Below are positions 37,400 to 37,722 of a DNA stretch of 37,722 nucleotides, in pieces. The stretch spans positions 1 to 37,722 of the forward strand of contig JAQGDQ010001504.1 of assembly GCA_030141605.1 (NCBI GenBank), given 5' to 3'. The notes below the pieces were generated by a model, which saw nothing but the letters and a program-made list of their open reading frames with translations, was not told where the DNA came from and did not search any database. Source of the stretch: Tubiluchus corallicola (Eukaryota; Animalia; Priapulida). How positions within the stretch are numbered: the stretch's first letter is position 1; each line of letters starts with the position of its first letter. The translations under genes were made by a program, and so were the position numbers.

Positions 37400-37688
37400 G
37401 GGTGGGTGGTGTGTTGCAGTGTGGTGTTATGGTGTGGTGCTGTGCGGTGTGATGTGGTGGAGTATTATGGTGTGGGTGGTGTGGTGTGGTGAGTGGGTGG
37501 TGCAGTGGTATGGTGTGGTGTGATGTGGTGGAGTGGTATGGTGTGGTGCAGTGCGGTGTGGTGGTATTGTGTGGTGCAGTGTGGTGCGATGAGGTGGAGT
37601 GGTATGGTGTGGTGTGATGAGGTGGAGTGGTGTGGTGTGGGTTGTGTGTTGATTTGTGCACAAAATTCTTTTTGTGGGGTTTGGCTAG
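37400..37688 (+). mobile_element. Putative Helitron family B, second copy
   Basis: Near-identical reverse complement of ~34648-34948; ends CTAG|t then (TTA)n. Confidence 0.6.
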
Positions 37689-37722
37689 TTATTATTATTA
37701 TTATCATTATTATTATTATTAT

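Overview
AT-rich, repeat-dense eukaryotic genomic DNA, probably from an invertebrate metazoan; the species cannot be determined from this window. Two spliced genes lie head-to-tail on the minus strand. The first is the 3' part of IFT56/TTC26: 10 coding exons from 36730 down to the stop at 12270, all GT-AG with consistent phases. The second is the 5' part of MCMDC2: 6 coding exons from the ATG at 7152 to 2692, continuing past the window start. Most six-frame ORFs are microsatellite or repeat artefacts, and the ORF track misses most real exons. Introns and the intergenic gap hold tRNA-derived (Meta-like) SINEs, a 5S rRNA-headed RTE-derived element, a bipartite RTE with a twister-ribozyme core, solo LTRs rich in heat-shock elements, two Helitron families, hAT/Tc1-mariner/piggyBac-type MITEs and mini/microsatellites. 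The most unusual item is an 8x44-bp tandem array that copies the MCMDC2 exon-2 3' end plus its splice donor, creating seven decoy donors and latent in-frame 18-nt microexons. Gene and family names rest on my recall of homologous sequences, not on a database search.
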